Under the pieces are notes generated by a model. The model was not told the DNA's origin, made no database searches, and worked only from the letters and a program-made list of their open reading frames with translations. Below, one piece after another: positions 47,269-58,300 of a stretch of DNA of 64,000 nucleotides. The stretch lies in the NCBI GenBank assembly GCA_035482155.1, contig DATHRB010000053.1, positions 17,620 to 81,619 on the forward strand. The letters run 5' to 3'. The stretch is from Verrucomicrobiia bacterium. GTDB lineage: Bacteria > Acidobacteriota > Terriglobia > Acidiferrales > UBA7541. The translations under genes and the position numbers were made by a program. Numbering within the stretch: the stretch's first letter is position 1; every line of letters begins with the position of its first letter.

Positions 47269-48276
47269 ATGAACAAAGTTGTGAAGGGTCTTGGAATTGG
47301 TGTGCTTATTCTTGTGGTTCTGGCGGTGGTCGGGATTAGCGCGACTATCGGGTGGCGGCCGTTCATCGGGCCTCAAAAGCGCGCGCTGACGGATCGCAAG
47401 TTTGAAGCTACACCGGAGCGAGTAAAACGCGGCGAATACCTCTCGGAGCACGTCGCCGGCTGCACGTATTGTCACACACCGCAAGAAGAAGGCCCGAACG
47501 GCCCGGAGCTCGTGCGGGGGCAGAAAGGCGCCGGTCAGTTTTTTAATATGCCAGGTTTTCCGGGAACTGTAGTGGCGCCGAACATTACGCCCGATCGCGA
47601 AACGGGCATCGGCAATTTTACCGACGACCAACTGGCTCGCGCAATTCGCGAAGGCATCAGCCACGATGGGCAAACACTTTTTCCGATGATGCCCTACGTG
47701 CGTTTCCGGCGGATGTCGGACGAAGATCTGGCTTCAGTGGTTGTCTACCTCAGGACTTTGCCACCAATTCGCAATCCACTGCCGCGCACCGACATTCATT
47801 TTCCGGTGAAGTATCTGATCCGTGGAGTTCCCGAGCCGGTAACAGGGACGGTGCAAGCTGATCTCTCAACTCCAGCGAGCCGTGGAGAATACCTAGTGAA
47901 TTTGTCGTCATGTTTGGACTGTCATACGCCACGCAAGCGGGGCCAACTGGATTCCAGCATGAAATTTGCCGGCGGACAGGTTTTTGATGCATCGGGGCAA
48001 ATCGTAAGCCCCAACATCACGCCGGACGCGACAGGGATCGGCAGCTACACCGAGGAAAAGTTTGTGAAGGCCTTGAGGACGGGCTATGTGGGCAAGCGGC
48101 AACTTGATACGGTGATGCCCTGGCAGGGCTATAGCGGGCAAACAGACGAAGATCTGAAAGCCATGTACGCTTACCTTAGTACTGTGCCGGCCGTCGCCCA
48201 TCGTGTGGACAATACCCAACCGCCCACGGCCTGCAAGAAATGCGGTCAGAAACACGGAGCGGGCGACACCAACTGA
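47269..48276 (+). CDS. Membrane-anchored diheme c-type cytochrome
   Basis: N-terminal TM helix; CTYCH and CLDCH; repeated PNITPD and MP(Y/W) ligand motifs; AAGGAG SD. Confidence 0.88.
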   Translation: MNKVVKGLGIGVLILVVLAVVGISATIGWRPFIGPQKRALTDRKFEATPERVKRGEYLSEHVAGCTYCHTPQEEGPNGPELVRGQKGAGQFFNMPGFPGTVVAPNITPDRETGIGNFTDDQLARAIREGISHDGQTLFPMMPYVRFRRMSDEDLASVVVYLRTLPPIRNPLPRTDIHFPVKYLIRGVPEPVTGTVQADLSTPASRGEYLVNLSSCLDCHTPRKRGQLDSSMKFAGGQVFDASGQIVSPNITPDATGIGSYTEEKFVKALRTGYVGKRQLDTVMPWQGYSGQTDEDLKAMYAYLSTVPAVAHRVDNTQPPTACKKCGQKHGAGDTN

Positions 48277-48284
48277 GCGACGGT

Positions 48285-49652
48285 TTAATAAATGATGGGA
48301 AGTTTGTAGAGGTCTTCCGTGGGTTCGTCGGTGACGCGCAGCAGGATCAAGGTGCGATCGTCGTGGGGTGTGGATTCGGCGCCACTGTAATCGTCGGTGG
48401 CGGCGAGAATTCTATTAGCGATGGACAGAGATGTTTCGTCGCCGTTGACGCCTCCAAGAAGCGCGTGAAGGCGTTCGGCACCGAACTCCTCGCGGTCGCT
48501 GTCCTCAGATTCCAAGATGCCGTCGGAGGCGCACACCACTACATCTCCCGGCTGCAGGTCAATGGTGACCTCCTCGTATTCGCTTTCTGCGAACAGGCCA
48601 AGGGGAACACCAGCTACGTCAATCTCGGTGATCTCTCCGTTCCGTACCAGCAGAGGGTAAGGTTCGCCGCCATTGGCCAGCGTAAGACGCCGCGCAGGGG
48701 CATCGTAAATTCCAAACAGCAGAGCTATGAACTTTGCTTCCAGGCGCGCGCCGAACATCCGGCGATTTAATACCGAGAGCATTTTGCCGGCGCCAAGGGT
48801 ATGGTCGGTGACGACTTCACGCAGAGTTCCTATGGCGAGCGAGCCGTACAGCGCTGCAGCCGTTCCTTTGCCGGAGACGTCACCGAGCGCGAACGCCAGT
48901 CGGCCTTCGCCGTAGGGATGAAAATCGTAAAAATCGCCGCCTAATTCACGGGCAGGAGCATAAGCCGCGGCCAAATCAAGGCCAGGAATTTCCCTCGCGC
49001 CTTTCGGCAAAAGCTGGCGCTGAATTTCCCGCGCCATATTTAAATCGTTTAGCAGGCGCAGTTCGTTCTCGCGTGCATCCTGGTACAGGCGAGCGTTTTC
49101 GAGAGCGATGGCGACGTAAGTGCCCATGGTGTCGAGCATGCGCTCATGCTCGAGTGTGAAGGCCTGCGGCACGGTGCTTTCGAGGTCGAGCACGCCGATC
49201 AGGCGATCTTGCAATAAGAGCGGGATGACCAATTCCGAGCGAACTTCCACGTCGGTATCAAATTGCACGTAGCGCGAATCCTTGCGCACGTCGCCAATGC
49301 GCATGGGACGGCGCTCTCCGGCGGCCATTCCGGTAATTCCTTGATTCAGGCGCAGGCGCAAGCGAGCGGGGATGGCGTCGTCGTAGTGCATGGCGAAGAC
49401 ACTTTCCAGCATTTGGCGGGTCTCGTTCCAGAGCATTACGGTGAAGACGTGATAATTCACGATGCGTTTTACGTGTTGGGCGATGCGCCGTAACAATTCC
49501 TCACGATCGAGGATGGCGGTCAATTCGCGGCTGACTTCGTAGAGGAGCGCGAGGCCTTCGGCCTGATCCGGTGCGTCGCCCATCAGACTTGGGGCGAACG
49601 AATCGAGATCGCCGAGCGGAAACAAAGGAGCGAGTTTGGCTGAATCATCCAT
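48285..49652 (-). CDS. GAF + PP2C/SpoIIE-type serine phosphatase
   Basis: GAF (GITG, SELVIPL, IGVLDLES); PP2C (GGDFYD, GDVSGKG, SDGI, DDRTL). Confidence 0.92.
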   Translation of the reverse strand: MDDSAKLAPLFPLGDLDSFAPSLMGDAPDQAEGLALLYEVSRELTAILDREELLRRIAQHVKRIVNYHVFTVMLWNETRQMLESVFAMHYDDAIPARLRLRLNQGITGMAAGERRPMRIGDVRKDSRYVQFDTDVEVRSELVIPLLLQDRLIGVLDLESTVPQAFTLEHERMLDTMGTYVAIALENARLYQDARENELRLLNDLNMAREIQRQLLPKGAREIPGLDLAAAYAPARELGGDFYDFHPYGEGRLAFALGDVSGKGTAAALYGSLAIGTLREVVTDHTLGAGKMLSVLNRRMFGARLEAKFIALLFGIYDAPARRLTLANGGEPYPLLVRNGEITEIDVAGVPLGLFAESEYEEVTIDLQPGDVVVCASDGILESEDSDREEFGAERLHALLGGVNGDETSLSIANRILAATDDYSGAESTPHDDRTLILLRVTDEPTEDLYKLPIIY

Positions 49653-49807
49653 AACCTGGTAAAAGAACTTCTCGGTTAGATGTAACACAGACGCGGAAGA
49701 TTACAGCAATTGTTTTTATTTTTCGGAAAGGATTTGCAAGCGCTGAAGGGTGGCCAGACCCCAAGTTTCGGGGTCTTCGAAGCCATTATTTCACTTCTTC
49801 GAAATGA

Positions 49808-50842
49808 TTATTTTACTTCCCAGGTATCGCCAGCGCGAAGAAGCTTGGTCAAATCTCCAGCGCCCCGCTTGGCGATCACGTCGTTTATCTGCTGATTCAT
49901 GACGTCTTCATAGCGCGGAACATCTTCCCAGGATCGCAGGACGCCAATGGGAGTGGGGAAGCCCGGGCGTTTCTCCATTTGAGACAACTGAAATGCGTAG
50001 GCGGCTTCAAGATGATGGGCGTCGTGGACTAACAGATCTTTTTCGGTGATTCCATTGGCCAACTGCACGACTTCCATATTCAGGCCATTCATGCGAATGC
50101 CCTTGTCGCGGTTCTTGCCGAAAACCAGCGGCTTGCCGTGTTCAAGTTGAATGACGTGTTCGCTGCGGGCTTCGCGCTCGGTGAGAGAGAACCACGCGCC
50201 ATCGTTAAAAATATTGCAGTTCTGCAGAATCTCCACGAAGGCGGAGCCTTTATGAGCCGCGGCGTGTTTCAGAGTTTCTTTCAGGTGGCCCTGGAAGACA
50301 TCGACGGAGCGGGCCACGAAAGTGGCTTCCGCGCCGATGGCTAGCGATATCGGATTGAAGGGGCGGTCAAGCGATCCAAAAGGCGTGGATTTGCTTTTTT
50401 TGTTCAGCTCGGAGGTGGGCGAATATTGGCCCTTGGTCAATCCATAAATTCGATTGTTAAACAGGAGCACTTTGATGCCGACGTTGCGCCGCAACATATG
50501 GATGGTGTGATTTCCGCCGATGGAGAGCGCGTCGCCATCACCGGTGGCCAGCCAAACTTCCAGATCGGGGCGGAGCGCTTTGATGCCGGTGGCTACCGCA
50601 GGTGCGCGCCCGTGGATGGTATGAAAGCCAAAAGTGTTCATGTAATACGGGAAGCGACTGGAGCAGCCGATTCCGCTGACGACCACGAAATTTTCGCGTT
50701 TGATTCCGAGTTCAGGAAATACCGACTGCACCGCGGACAGGATGGCGTAATCTCCGCAACCGGGGCACCAACGCACTTCCTGATCGGTCTGAAAATCTTT
50801 TTTGGTGAGCGGGGTGATGGGTGGCAGCGTAGTGGTGCTCAT
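49808..50842 (-). CDS. korB: 2-oxoacid:ferredoxin oxidoreductase beta subunit
   Basis: WCPGCGD, GIGCSSR, IHGRA, GDGD, NNRIYGLTKGQYSPT; ATGA overlap with the alpha subunit. Start reassigned to ATG 50842. Substrate specificity not determinable. Confidence 0.9.
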   Translation of the reverse strand: MSTTTLPPITPLTKKDFQTDQEVRWCPGCGDYAILSAVQSVFPELGIKRENFVVVSGIGCSSRFPYYMNTFGFHTIHGRAPAVATGIKALRPDLEVWLATGDGDALSIGGNHTIHMLRRNVGIKVLLFNNRIYGLTKGQYSPTSELNKKSKSTPFGSLDRPFNPISLAIGAEATFVARSVDVFQGHLKETLKHAAAHKGSAFVEILQNCNIFNDGAWFSLTEREARSEHVIQLEHGKPLVFGKNRDKGIRMNGLNMEVVQLANGITEKDLLVHDAHHLEAAYAFQLSQMEKRPGFPTPIGVLRSWEDVPRYEDVMNQQINDVIAKRGAGDLTKLLRAGDTWEVK

Positions 50843-52713
50843 GCGAAATGCTCCTGGCTGCCGAGCATCTCTTCGATTTTTTGTTCGAGTTCGGCCTGCT
50901 TGAAGGGGCGACCCTGAATTTTGTTGAGGCCCACGGCGTCCACCAGATATTTGGCGCGTAGGACCCATAGTAATTGACCCATGTTGAGTTCCGGGACCAA
51001 TACACGCTTGTACCTGGCGATTACTTCACCGAGGTTGGGAGCTAACGGGTTCAGATGGCGCAAATGCACGTGACCGATTTTGTGTCCCTTTTCTCGCTGC
51101 GCGCGAACCGCCGCGGTAATTGCTCCGTGGGTAGAGCCCCAGGCGACGATCAGCAAGTCTCCTTCGGGATCGCCGGCGGGCACAATTTCGGGAATATCCT
51201 GAGCGATGCCAGCGACCTTCGCGGCGCGAATGCGCACCATGTTTTCGTGGTTCAGAGGTTCGTAGTTGATGTTGCCGGTGACGTCTTGTTTTTCGAGTCC
51301 GCCGATGCGGTGTTCGAGTCCGGGTGTTCCGGGAACGGCCCACGGGCGCGCTAATGTTTGTGGGTCGCGTTTGTAAGGTAAAAATCCTTCGGCGGTTTTC
51401 GCGAATTGCACTTTGAAGTCAGGTATCTCGCTGAGCTCCGGAACGTGCCATGGCTCGGCGCCATTCGCCAGATAACCATCTGAAAGAAGAATGACGGGGA
51501 CCATGTATTTCACCGCGATGCGGCAGGCTTCCAGGGCAACCCAGAAACAATCGGCGGGAGTAGCGGCAGCGATTACGGGGATGGGCGCTTCGGAATTTCG
51601 TCCAAACAAGGCTTGCAACAAATCCGCTTGTTCGGTTTTTGTGGGGAGGCCGGTGGATGGACCGCCACGTTGAATGTTGCAGATAACCAGTGGCAACTCG
51701 ATAGCTACGGCCAAGCCTAGCGCTTCGGTTTTGAGCGCCATTCCAGGGCCCGAGGTGGTGGTAATGGCAAGAGCTCCGGCGTAAGACGCGCCGATCGCGG
51801 AAGTAATGGCGGCGATTTCATCTTCGGCTTGGAAGGTCATCACGCCGAAATCTTTGTACTGCGAAAGCTCGTGGAGAACATCGGAGGCCGGAGTGATCGG
51901 ATAGCTTCCTTGAAAGAGACGCAGGCCTGATTTTTGAGAAGCGGTGACTAATCCCAGTGCCAGCGCCTGATTCCCGCTCAGGTTGCGGTACAGACCTGGA
52001 GACAACTGCGCGCGCGGAATTTCATAACTGATCTGAAACGCTTCGGTGGCTTCGCAGTAAGAATAACCGGCCTTCATAGCGAGCTTGTTGGCTTCGGTCA
52101 ACAGCGGCTTGCCTTTGAATTTGTCTTCAATCCAGCGAACCGTGGAATCCATTGAGCGGTTGTAGAGCCAGTAGCACATCCCGAGGGCGAAGAAATTTTT
52201 GCAGCGATCCATGGACTTGGCATCAAGTCCCAGATGTTCAAGCGCGCGGCGCGTGAGGCGCTCCAGTCCCACGGAGAATAGTCGGAACTTGTCGAGTGAA
52301 TGGTCTTCCAGCGGATTCACGGTCATTTGCGCTTTGCGCAGATCGCTTTCCGTGAAGCTGTCACTGTTTACGATCAGGATGCCGTTGGGTTTCAAGTCCG
52401 CGACGTTGACCTTGAGCGCGGCCGGATTCATGGCGATCAGCACATCGACGGCGTCGCCGGGGGTGGATACATCGTCGGACGAAAAATGTAATTGGAAACC
52501 GCTGACACCGGGGAGCGTTCCCGCTGGCGCGCGGATCTCGGCAGGATAATCAGGGAAGGTGCGGATATCATTGCCGTAGAGAGCGACGGTGTTGGTGAAT
52601 TGGCTACCGGTTATCTGCATGCCGTCCCCGGAATCGCCTGCAAAACGGATAACTGCGCTGTCGATAACTTCAGGCTTGGTCTTCGAGGGCGGCAGTGTAA
52701 TTAACGTCGACAT
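50839..52713 (-). CDS. korA: 2-oxoacid:acceptor oxidoreductase alpha subunit (gamma-alpha fusion)
   Basis: FAGDSGDGMQ, YPAEIRAPAG, YPITPAS, QAEDEIAA, TSGPG, QRGGPSTGLPT. Confidence 0.9.
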   Translation of the reverse strand: MSTLITLPPSKTKPEVIDSAVIRFAGDSGDGMQITGSQFTNTVALYGNDIRTFPDYPAEIRAPAGTLPGVSGFQLHFSSDDVSTPGDAVDVLIAMNPAALKVNVADLKPNGILIVNSDSFTESDLRKAQMTVNPLEDHSLDKFRLFSVGLERLTRRALEHLGLDAKSMDRCKNFFALGMCYWLYNRSMDSTVRWIEDKFKGKPLLTEANKLAMKAGYSYCEATEAFQISYEIPRAQLSPGLYRNLSGNQALALGLVTASQKSGLRLFQGSYPITPASDVLHELSQYKDFGVMTFQAEDEIAAITSAIGASYAGALAITTTSGPGMALKTEALGLAVAIELPLVICNIQRGGPSTGLPTKTEQADLLQALFGRNSEAPIPVIAAATPADCFWVALEACRIAVKYMVPVILLSDGYLANGAEPWHVPELSEIPDFKVQFAKTAEGFLPYKRDPQTLARPWAVPGTPGLEHRIGGLEKQDVTGNINYEPLNHENMVRIRAAKVAGIAQDIPEIVPAGDPEGDLLIVAWGSTHGAITAAVRAQREKGHKIGHVHLRHLNPLAPNLGEVIARYKRVLVPELNMGQLLWVLRAKYLVDAVGLNKIQGRPFKQAELEQKIEEMLGSQEHFA

Positions 52714-53000
52714 AATTGCTGACTTCCTTGGGCCCTAGGACGCATACCCGCCGGTGTTGCACGCGGGACTTCTAACTAACGCAATAAGGGTGACACAAAA
52801 AGAATAGCACAGCGAGGCGTGTGTCCGCAGAGCACACAGGGGGAACGACGTGGGCTACCGGTAAGCCGAACAATAGCGGTATCGAAAATTACATCAAGCC
52901 TGCATACGTAGAAATTTTTGACCGCTGTTCCACATCGAAACATCAAGTCGTTCGCTAGAGATCAGGACTTCCCGTTTTGCTTTGTACATTAGGTCGAGCT

Positions 53001-53035
53001 TTTCGCTTGACGTTCGCTTTTTTTTCGCCTAAATT
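53001..53035 (+). promoter_or_regulatory. lexA promoter with a tandem LexA box
   Basis: TTTCGC-TTGAC-GTTCGC-TTTTT-TTTCGC in 11-bp phase, overlapping TTGACG(53007)-N17-TAAATT(53030). Confidence 0.75.
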
Positions 53036-53095
53036 AATGGCACAAAGCCTGCTGTCCACAGAAGGAAAAATGCAGACAGGCGATCGGAGGCGTAC

Positions 53096-53719
53096 ATGGC
53101 CCTGACCAAGCGTCAAAAAGAGGTTCTGGATTATTTGGTTTCGTTTGAAACGAAACACGGTTACGCGCCGAGCTTTGAAGAAATTGGCAAAGGGTTGAAG
53201 TTGACTTCATTGGCGACCGTTCATAAACACATCACCACGCTGGAAAAGAAAGGTTTCATTCGTCGCGGTTATAACCAGAGTCGATCCATCGAAATTCTGC
53301 GACTTCCGAAACCCGTAAAAGACCAGGTCATGGACCGAAGGATTCAGGAGCTGCCGCTAGTTGGACGCATTGCAGCGGGGCGGCCGCTGGAGGCGGTTGA
53401 GGAGCGAGAAACTTTGTCGCTCGGGGACTTCGCGCGCGGTGGAAATTCTTTCGTGCTGCAGGTTAAGGGCACTTCCATGATTGAAGATCACATCATGGAT
53501 GGCGATTACGTGGTGTGTGAGCAGACGCAAGTGGCGAATGCGGGCGACATCGTGGTGGCACTGATCGGCGAGGATGAGGCGACCTTGAAGCGTTTTTACC
53601 GCGAAGGGGCAGGGAAGATTCGCTTGCAGCCGGCCAATTCCGAAATGGGACCGATTATCGTGGCGGCCAATGACGTTAAGATCCAGGGCCGGGTGATTGG
53701 CGTTCTGAGAAAATATTAG
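53096..53719 (+). CDS. lexA: SOS repressor LexA
   Basis: LTKRQKEVL, PSFEEI, Ala-Gly cleavage site IAAG, catalytic Ser (GTSM) and Lys (TLKR); GGAGG SD. Confidence 0.97.
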   Translation: MALTKRQKEVLDYLVSFETKHGYAPSFEEIGKGLKLTSLATVHKHITTLEKKGFIRRGYNQSRSIEILRLPKPVKDQVMDRRIQELPLVGRIAAGRPLEAVEERETLSLGDFARGGNSFVLQVKGTSMIEDHIMDGDYVVCEQTQVANAGDIVVALIGEDEATLKRFYREGAGKIRLQPANSEMGPIIVAANDVKIQGRVIGVLRKY

Positions 53720-53918
53720 GCTGGCGCGTAGCAAACTGTTTCAAATAGGTTCGCTTCGGCTTCGATCGTTCTTCAACCTGAAACCCTTCCAGAAGCGCAA
53801 CTTTTGCGTTCCTATTGGGATAGAACATTCTGGTACAGTGCGCGCGTTCGCGCTTCCATTGCATCTCGGGTGGGCTAGACTATTCCCAGCACATTCCAAG
53901 TGTTAAAAGGACGCTTCT

Positions 53919-55238
53919 TTGAGTAACTTTGATCTGAAAAATTCACCAAGGCCCATCAAGACTGTTGTTGCCCTGGCACTGCTATTGGCCCTTTTTCTGC
54001 CATTGCGATGCGCGGCCTATGCCGTGCTCTCCCACGAAGCCATCATCGACGCGGCCTGGGACACTAATCTGAAGCCGCTGCTACTGAAACGGTTTCCGCA
54101 GGCGACGCCCGACGAACTGCGCAAGGCGCATGGATATGCTTACGGCGGGGCCATCATTCAAGACATGGGTTACTACCCGCACGGGACTCATTTTTTCAGC
54201 GACCTCACGCATTACATACGCAGCGCCGATTTTATTCTCGCCATGATACACCACTCCAAGGACCTAAACGATTACGCTTTCGCGTTGGGCTCGATGGCGC
54301 ACTACGCCGCAGATACGGATGGCCATAGCATTGGAACGAACCACGCGGTGCCAATTCTGTATCCCAAGCTGAAAAAGAAATATGGGGATGTTGTGACGTA
54401 TGAGGAAGACCCGCTGGCGCACGTCAAAACTGAATTTGGCTTTGATGTCTTGGAAGTAGCGCAACACCGCTACGCTCCGGACAGTTATCACGACTTTATC
54501 GGATTTCAGGTGGCAGTGCCGTTGTTGGAACAGGCATTTCGGGAGACCTACGGCCTTGAGTTGAAAAGCGTGCTTCCAAGCGAGGAAAAGGCATTAAATT
54601 CCTATCGCCGTGCGGTGAGTGAGCAACTTCCCAAAGCCACGAAAATCGCGTGGAGCCTGAAGCAAAAAGACATACAGAAAGACATGCCGGGCATGACCAA
54701 GCGGAAGTTTCTGTACAACCTGAAACGTGCCAGTTATGAAAAGGAATGGGGCAAGAATTACGACCAGCCGACCGCCGGCGAGAAATTTATTGCGTTCTTG
54801 ACCAAGCTGCTTCCCAAGATTGGACCGCTGCGGGTGCTACAGTTCCGCGCTCCAACGCCGCAAACGGAAAAGATGTTTGAAGACAGCTTCAACGCCACCA
54901 TGGATCGTTACCGCAAATTGCTGGGCGCGGTTGGAAGCGACCACTTGGAAATGGTTAACGATAATTTTGACACGGGAGGAAGCATTGCTCCGGGCAAGTA
55001 CCGCATGAGCGATGATACTTACGCGAAACTTCTGGACAAGTTGTCGGATGAGAAGTTTGCGAAAGCTTCGCCAGAGGTGCGAGCAAATATCCTGGCGTTT
55101 TACAGCGATCCGAGTGCGCCCTATGCTACCAAACGCGATCCGAAGGCGTGGGAGAAGGTTCAGACCGAGCTCGACCAATTGAAAGCAGCGCCGCCGGCCG
55201 CCCCGGTAATGGCGGAATCCTCTAACTCGAAAGACTGA
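53919..55238 (+). CDS. Zinc-dependent phospholipase C-family protein
   Basis: Signal peptide, then YAVLSHEAIID, QDMGYYP, HYAAD, HVKTEFGFD. Confidence 0.8.
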   Translation: MSNFDLKNSPRPIKTVVALALLLALFLPLRCAAYAVLSHEAIIDAAWDTNLKPLLLKRFPQATPDELRKAHGYAYGGAIIQDMGYYPHGTHFFSDLTHYIRSADFILAMIHHSKDLNDYAFALGSMAHYAADTDGHSIGTNHAVPILYPKLKKKYGDVVTYEEDPLAHVKTEFGFDVLEVAQHRYAPDSYHDFIGFQVAVPLLEQAFRETYGLELKSVLPSEEKALNSYRRAVSEQLPKATKIAWSLKQKDIQKDMPGMTKRKFLYNLKRASYEKEWGKNYDQPTAGEKFIAFLTKLLPKIGPLRVLQFRAPTPQTEKMFEDSFNATMDRYRKLLGAVGSDHLEMVNDNFDTGGSIAPGKYRMSDDTYAKLLDKLSDEKFAKASPEVRANILAFYSDPSAPYATKRDPKAWEKVQTELDQLKAAPPAAPVMAESSNSKD

Positions 55239-55389
55239 TTGCGGCTGTGGCAAGTCGCTAAGCTGGCGTTAAATACACCCGCATAGATTATTTCTTTCTG
55301 ACGAATGCAAAATTCGGCGTTGCCGCCTCGCGCCCAGTCGATGAAACAATGTAGAATTTTGCGCATGGTTCTGCGGTTGTGCCTTCCGA

Positions 55390-58300
55390 ATGAAGAGTAA
55401 CCGGCCTATCCGAAAACTGCTCGCCGCCAATCGGAGCGAGATCGCTATCCGGATTTTTCGCGCTGCCAATGAGCTTGGCCTGCGCACAGTGGCGATCTAT
55501 TCGCAGGAAGACCGGCTGGCGCTACACCGTTTTAAGGCGGACGAGGCTTACCTGATTGGTGCCGGCAAGGGACCGGTAGAGGCGTATCTCGATATTCCGG
55601 GGATCGTCGCGCTAGCAAAAGAAAAAGAAGTTGATGCTATCCATCCTGGTTATGGATTTCTCTCGGAAAATCCGGCGTTTGCGCGTGCGTGCGAAAAAGC
55701 CGGGATCAAGTTTGTCGGTCCAACACCTGATCTTTTGGAGTTACTCGGCGATAAAACAGCGGCGCGCCGGCTCGCGGCTTCGGCGGGCGTTGCGGTGTTG
55801 CCCGGTACCGCCAAGCCGGTGAAAACCAATGCCGCGGCGCACAAAGCTGCGGGTGAGATTGGTTACCCGGTGATGGTCAAGGCCGCGATGGGAGGCGGCG
55901 GGCGGGGTATGCGCGTCGTTCATGACGCGGCGGAACTGGATCGGTTGTTGGAAGAGGCCCAAGGAGAAGCGCGATCGGCGTTTGGCGATGGTTCGGTATT
56001 CCTGGAGAAATACCTGGCACGTGCTCGACACCTCGAGGTGCAAATTCTCGGCGATGAGTATGGGGAACTGCTGCACTTGTACGAGCGCGATTGTTCGGTG
56101 CAGCGGCGGCACCAAAAAGTAGTGGAAGTCGCGCCTGCGGCAAATTTGGCTGCGAGGGTGCGGAGTGAATTATGCGAAGCAGCAGTGAAATTGGCGCGCG
56201 AAGCGGGTTATAGAAACGCCGGAACGGTGGAATTTCTTTACGATGTAGACGCCGCGAAATTCTATTTTATCGAAGTGAATCCGCGCATTCAGGTGGAGCA
56301 CACCGTCACAGAGATGGTTACCGGGATTGACCTGGTACGTTCGCAGATTCTAGTGGCGCAGGGGCATCATTTGCATGAAGCGCCGCTGTCTTTGCCGGCG
56401 CAGGAAAAAATTCCGCTGTATGGGGCCGCGCTTCAGTGCCGGGTGACCACCGAAGACCCAGCAAATAATTTTTCTCCCGACTACGGAAAACTTTCCACCT
56501 ATCGTTCACCGGCGGGATTTGGGATTCGCCTGGATGGTGGAACGGCTTATGCGGGTGCGATTCTGGCCGCTTATTACGATTCTTTGCTGGTCAAAGTTAC
56601 GGCGTGGGGTGCGAATTTGCCGGAAGCGTGCCAACGCATGGACCGGGCGTTGCGCGAGTTCCGGATCCGTGGGGTAAAAACGAACATTCCGTTTGTGGAA
56701 AATGTTGTCAATCATCCCAAATTTCGTGCTGGGGATGTCACCACGTCGTTTCTTGACGAATCGCCGGAGCTTTTTCGTTTTCGCACACGCGGCGATCGGG
56801 CCACGAAACTGTTGTCTTATTTAGGCGACGTCATTTTGAATGGGAATCCGGAGGTGAAAGGGAAGAAAGCTCCCGAGACGCGGGAAACGGCTGTTGTTCC
56901 GGCGGCGCCAGGAATGGATATTCCGGACGGAAGCCGGCAACTGCTACACAAACTCGGGCCTGAGAAATTCGCGGCGTGGGCAAAGAAGGAGAAGCGGCTG
57001 TTAATCACGGACACGACGTTCCGCGACGCGCACCAATCGCTGATGGCCACGCGGGTGCGCACACATGATTTGCTGGCTACTGCGGGTGCGGTGGCGCGGC
57101 GGCTGCCTAATCTTTTCAGCCTGGAGATGTGGGGCGGGGCGACGTTCGATACGTCGCTGCGTTTTTTGCATGAAGACCCGTGGCAGCGGCTGCGTGATCT
57201 GCGAATCCGCGTGCCAAATATTTGTTTTCAGATGCTGCTGCGCGGGGCGAATGCCGTTGGCTACGCTTCGTATCCCGACAATGTAATTGTGGAGTTTGTT
57301 CGCGAAGCGCACGGGCAGGGCATCGACATTTTTCGTATCTTCGATTCGCTTAATGCCATCGATAACATGCGTGTTTCGATCGACGCGGTACTGGAAACGG
57401 GCGCAGTTTGTGAACCGGCCATTTGTTACACGGGGGACATTCTCGATGGTGCGCGGCCGAAATATTCGTTGAAGTATTACGTGGCGCTGGCGCAGCAACT
57501 CGAAAAGCTGGGCGCTCATTTTTTGGCTATCAAAGACATGGCAGGGTTGTGCAAACCCTACGCGGCGTATGAACTAGTGAAAGTGCTGCGACAAGAGATT
57601 GGCATACCGGTGCACTTTCACACGCATGACACCAGCGGGCTCAACGCTGCAAGTATCTTGAAGGCTGCTGAAGCTGGAGTGGACGTGGCCGATGCCGCGG
57701 TTGCCGCCATGAGCGGAGGCACCAGCCAGCCGAACCTGAATGCCATCGTCGAATCGCTGCGACATACACGGCGCGATACGCAGCTCGACATCGAAACGTT
57801 AAATGAGTGCTCCGATTATTGGGAGACGGTTAGAGGATTTTATGGGCCGTTCGATTCGGGACCGAAGTCGGGCTCGGCGCGTTTGTATCAACACGAAATT
57901 CCTGGCGGGCAGTACACCAATCTGCGGGAACAAGCGACATCCATGGGACTGGGGCAACGCTGGCGCGAGGCGGAAAAAATGTACGCGGAGGTAAACCAGC
58001 TTTTTGGGGACATCGTTAAGGTGACGCCTTCAAGTAAGGTGGTCGGAGACATGGCGCTGTTTCTGATGGCCAACGACCTGCATCCGGCAGACATTTTGGC
58101 GCTGGATGAGAAGCACGATGTTTCGCTGCCGAATTCCGTGGTGGAAATGTTTTCAGGAGTGTTGGGTGTTCCGCCTGGTGGTTGGCCGAAGAAATTACAG
58201 AAGATTATTTTGCGGGGACAGAACCCTGTGCGCGGGCGGCCGGGCGCGAGTCTGGAAGACGTGGATCTAGATAAGGAGCAGAAAGCGCTCGAGAAGAAAG

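Noticed and set aside
52926-52942. parS-like TGTTCCACATCGAAACA
   Set aside because: It is 17 bp with a broken centre relative to the 16-bp parS palindrome, and I saw no other copies.
52926-53060. Two 7/9 DnaA-box-like matches upstream of lexA
   Set aside because: Too degenerate and too few, and far from the skew switch.
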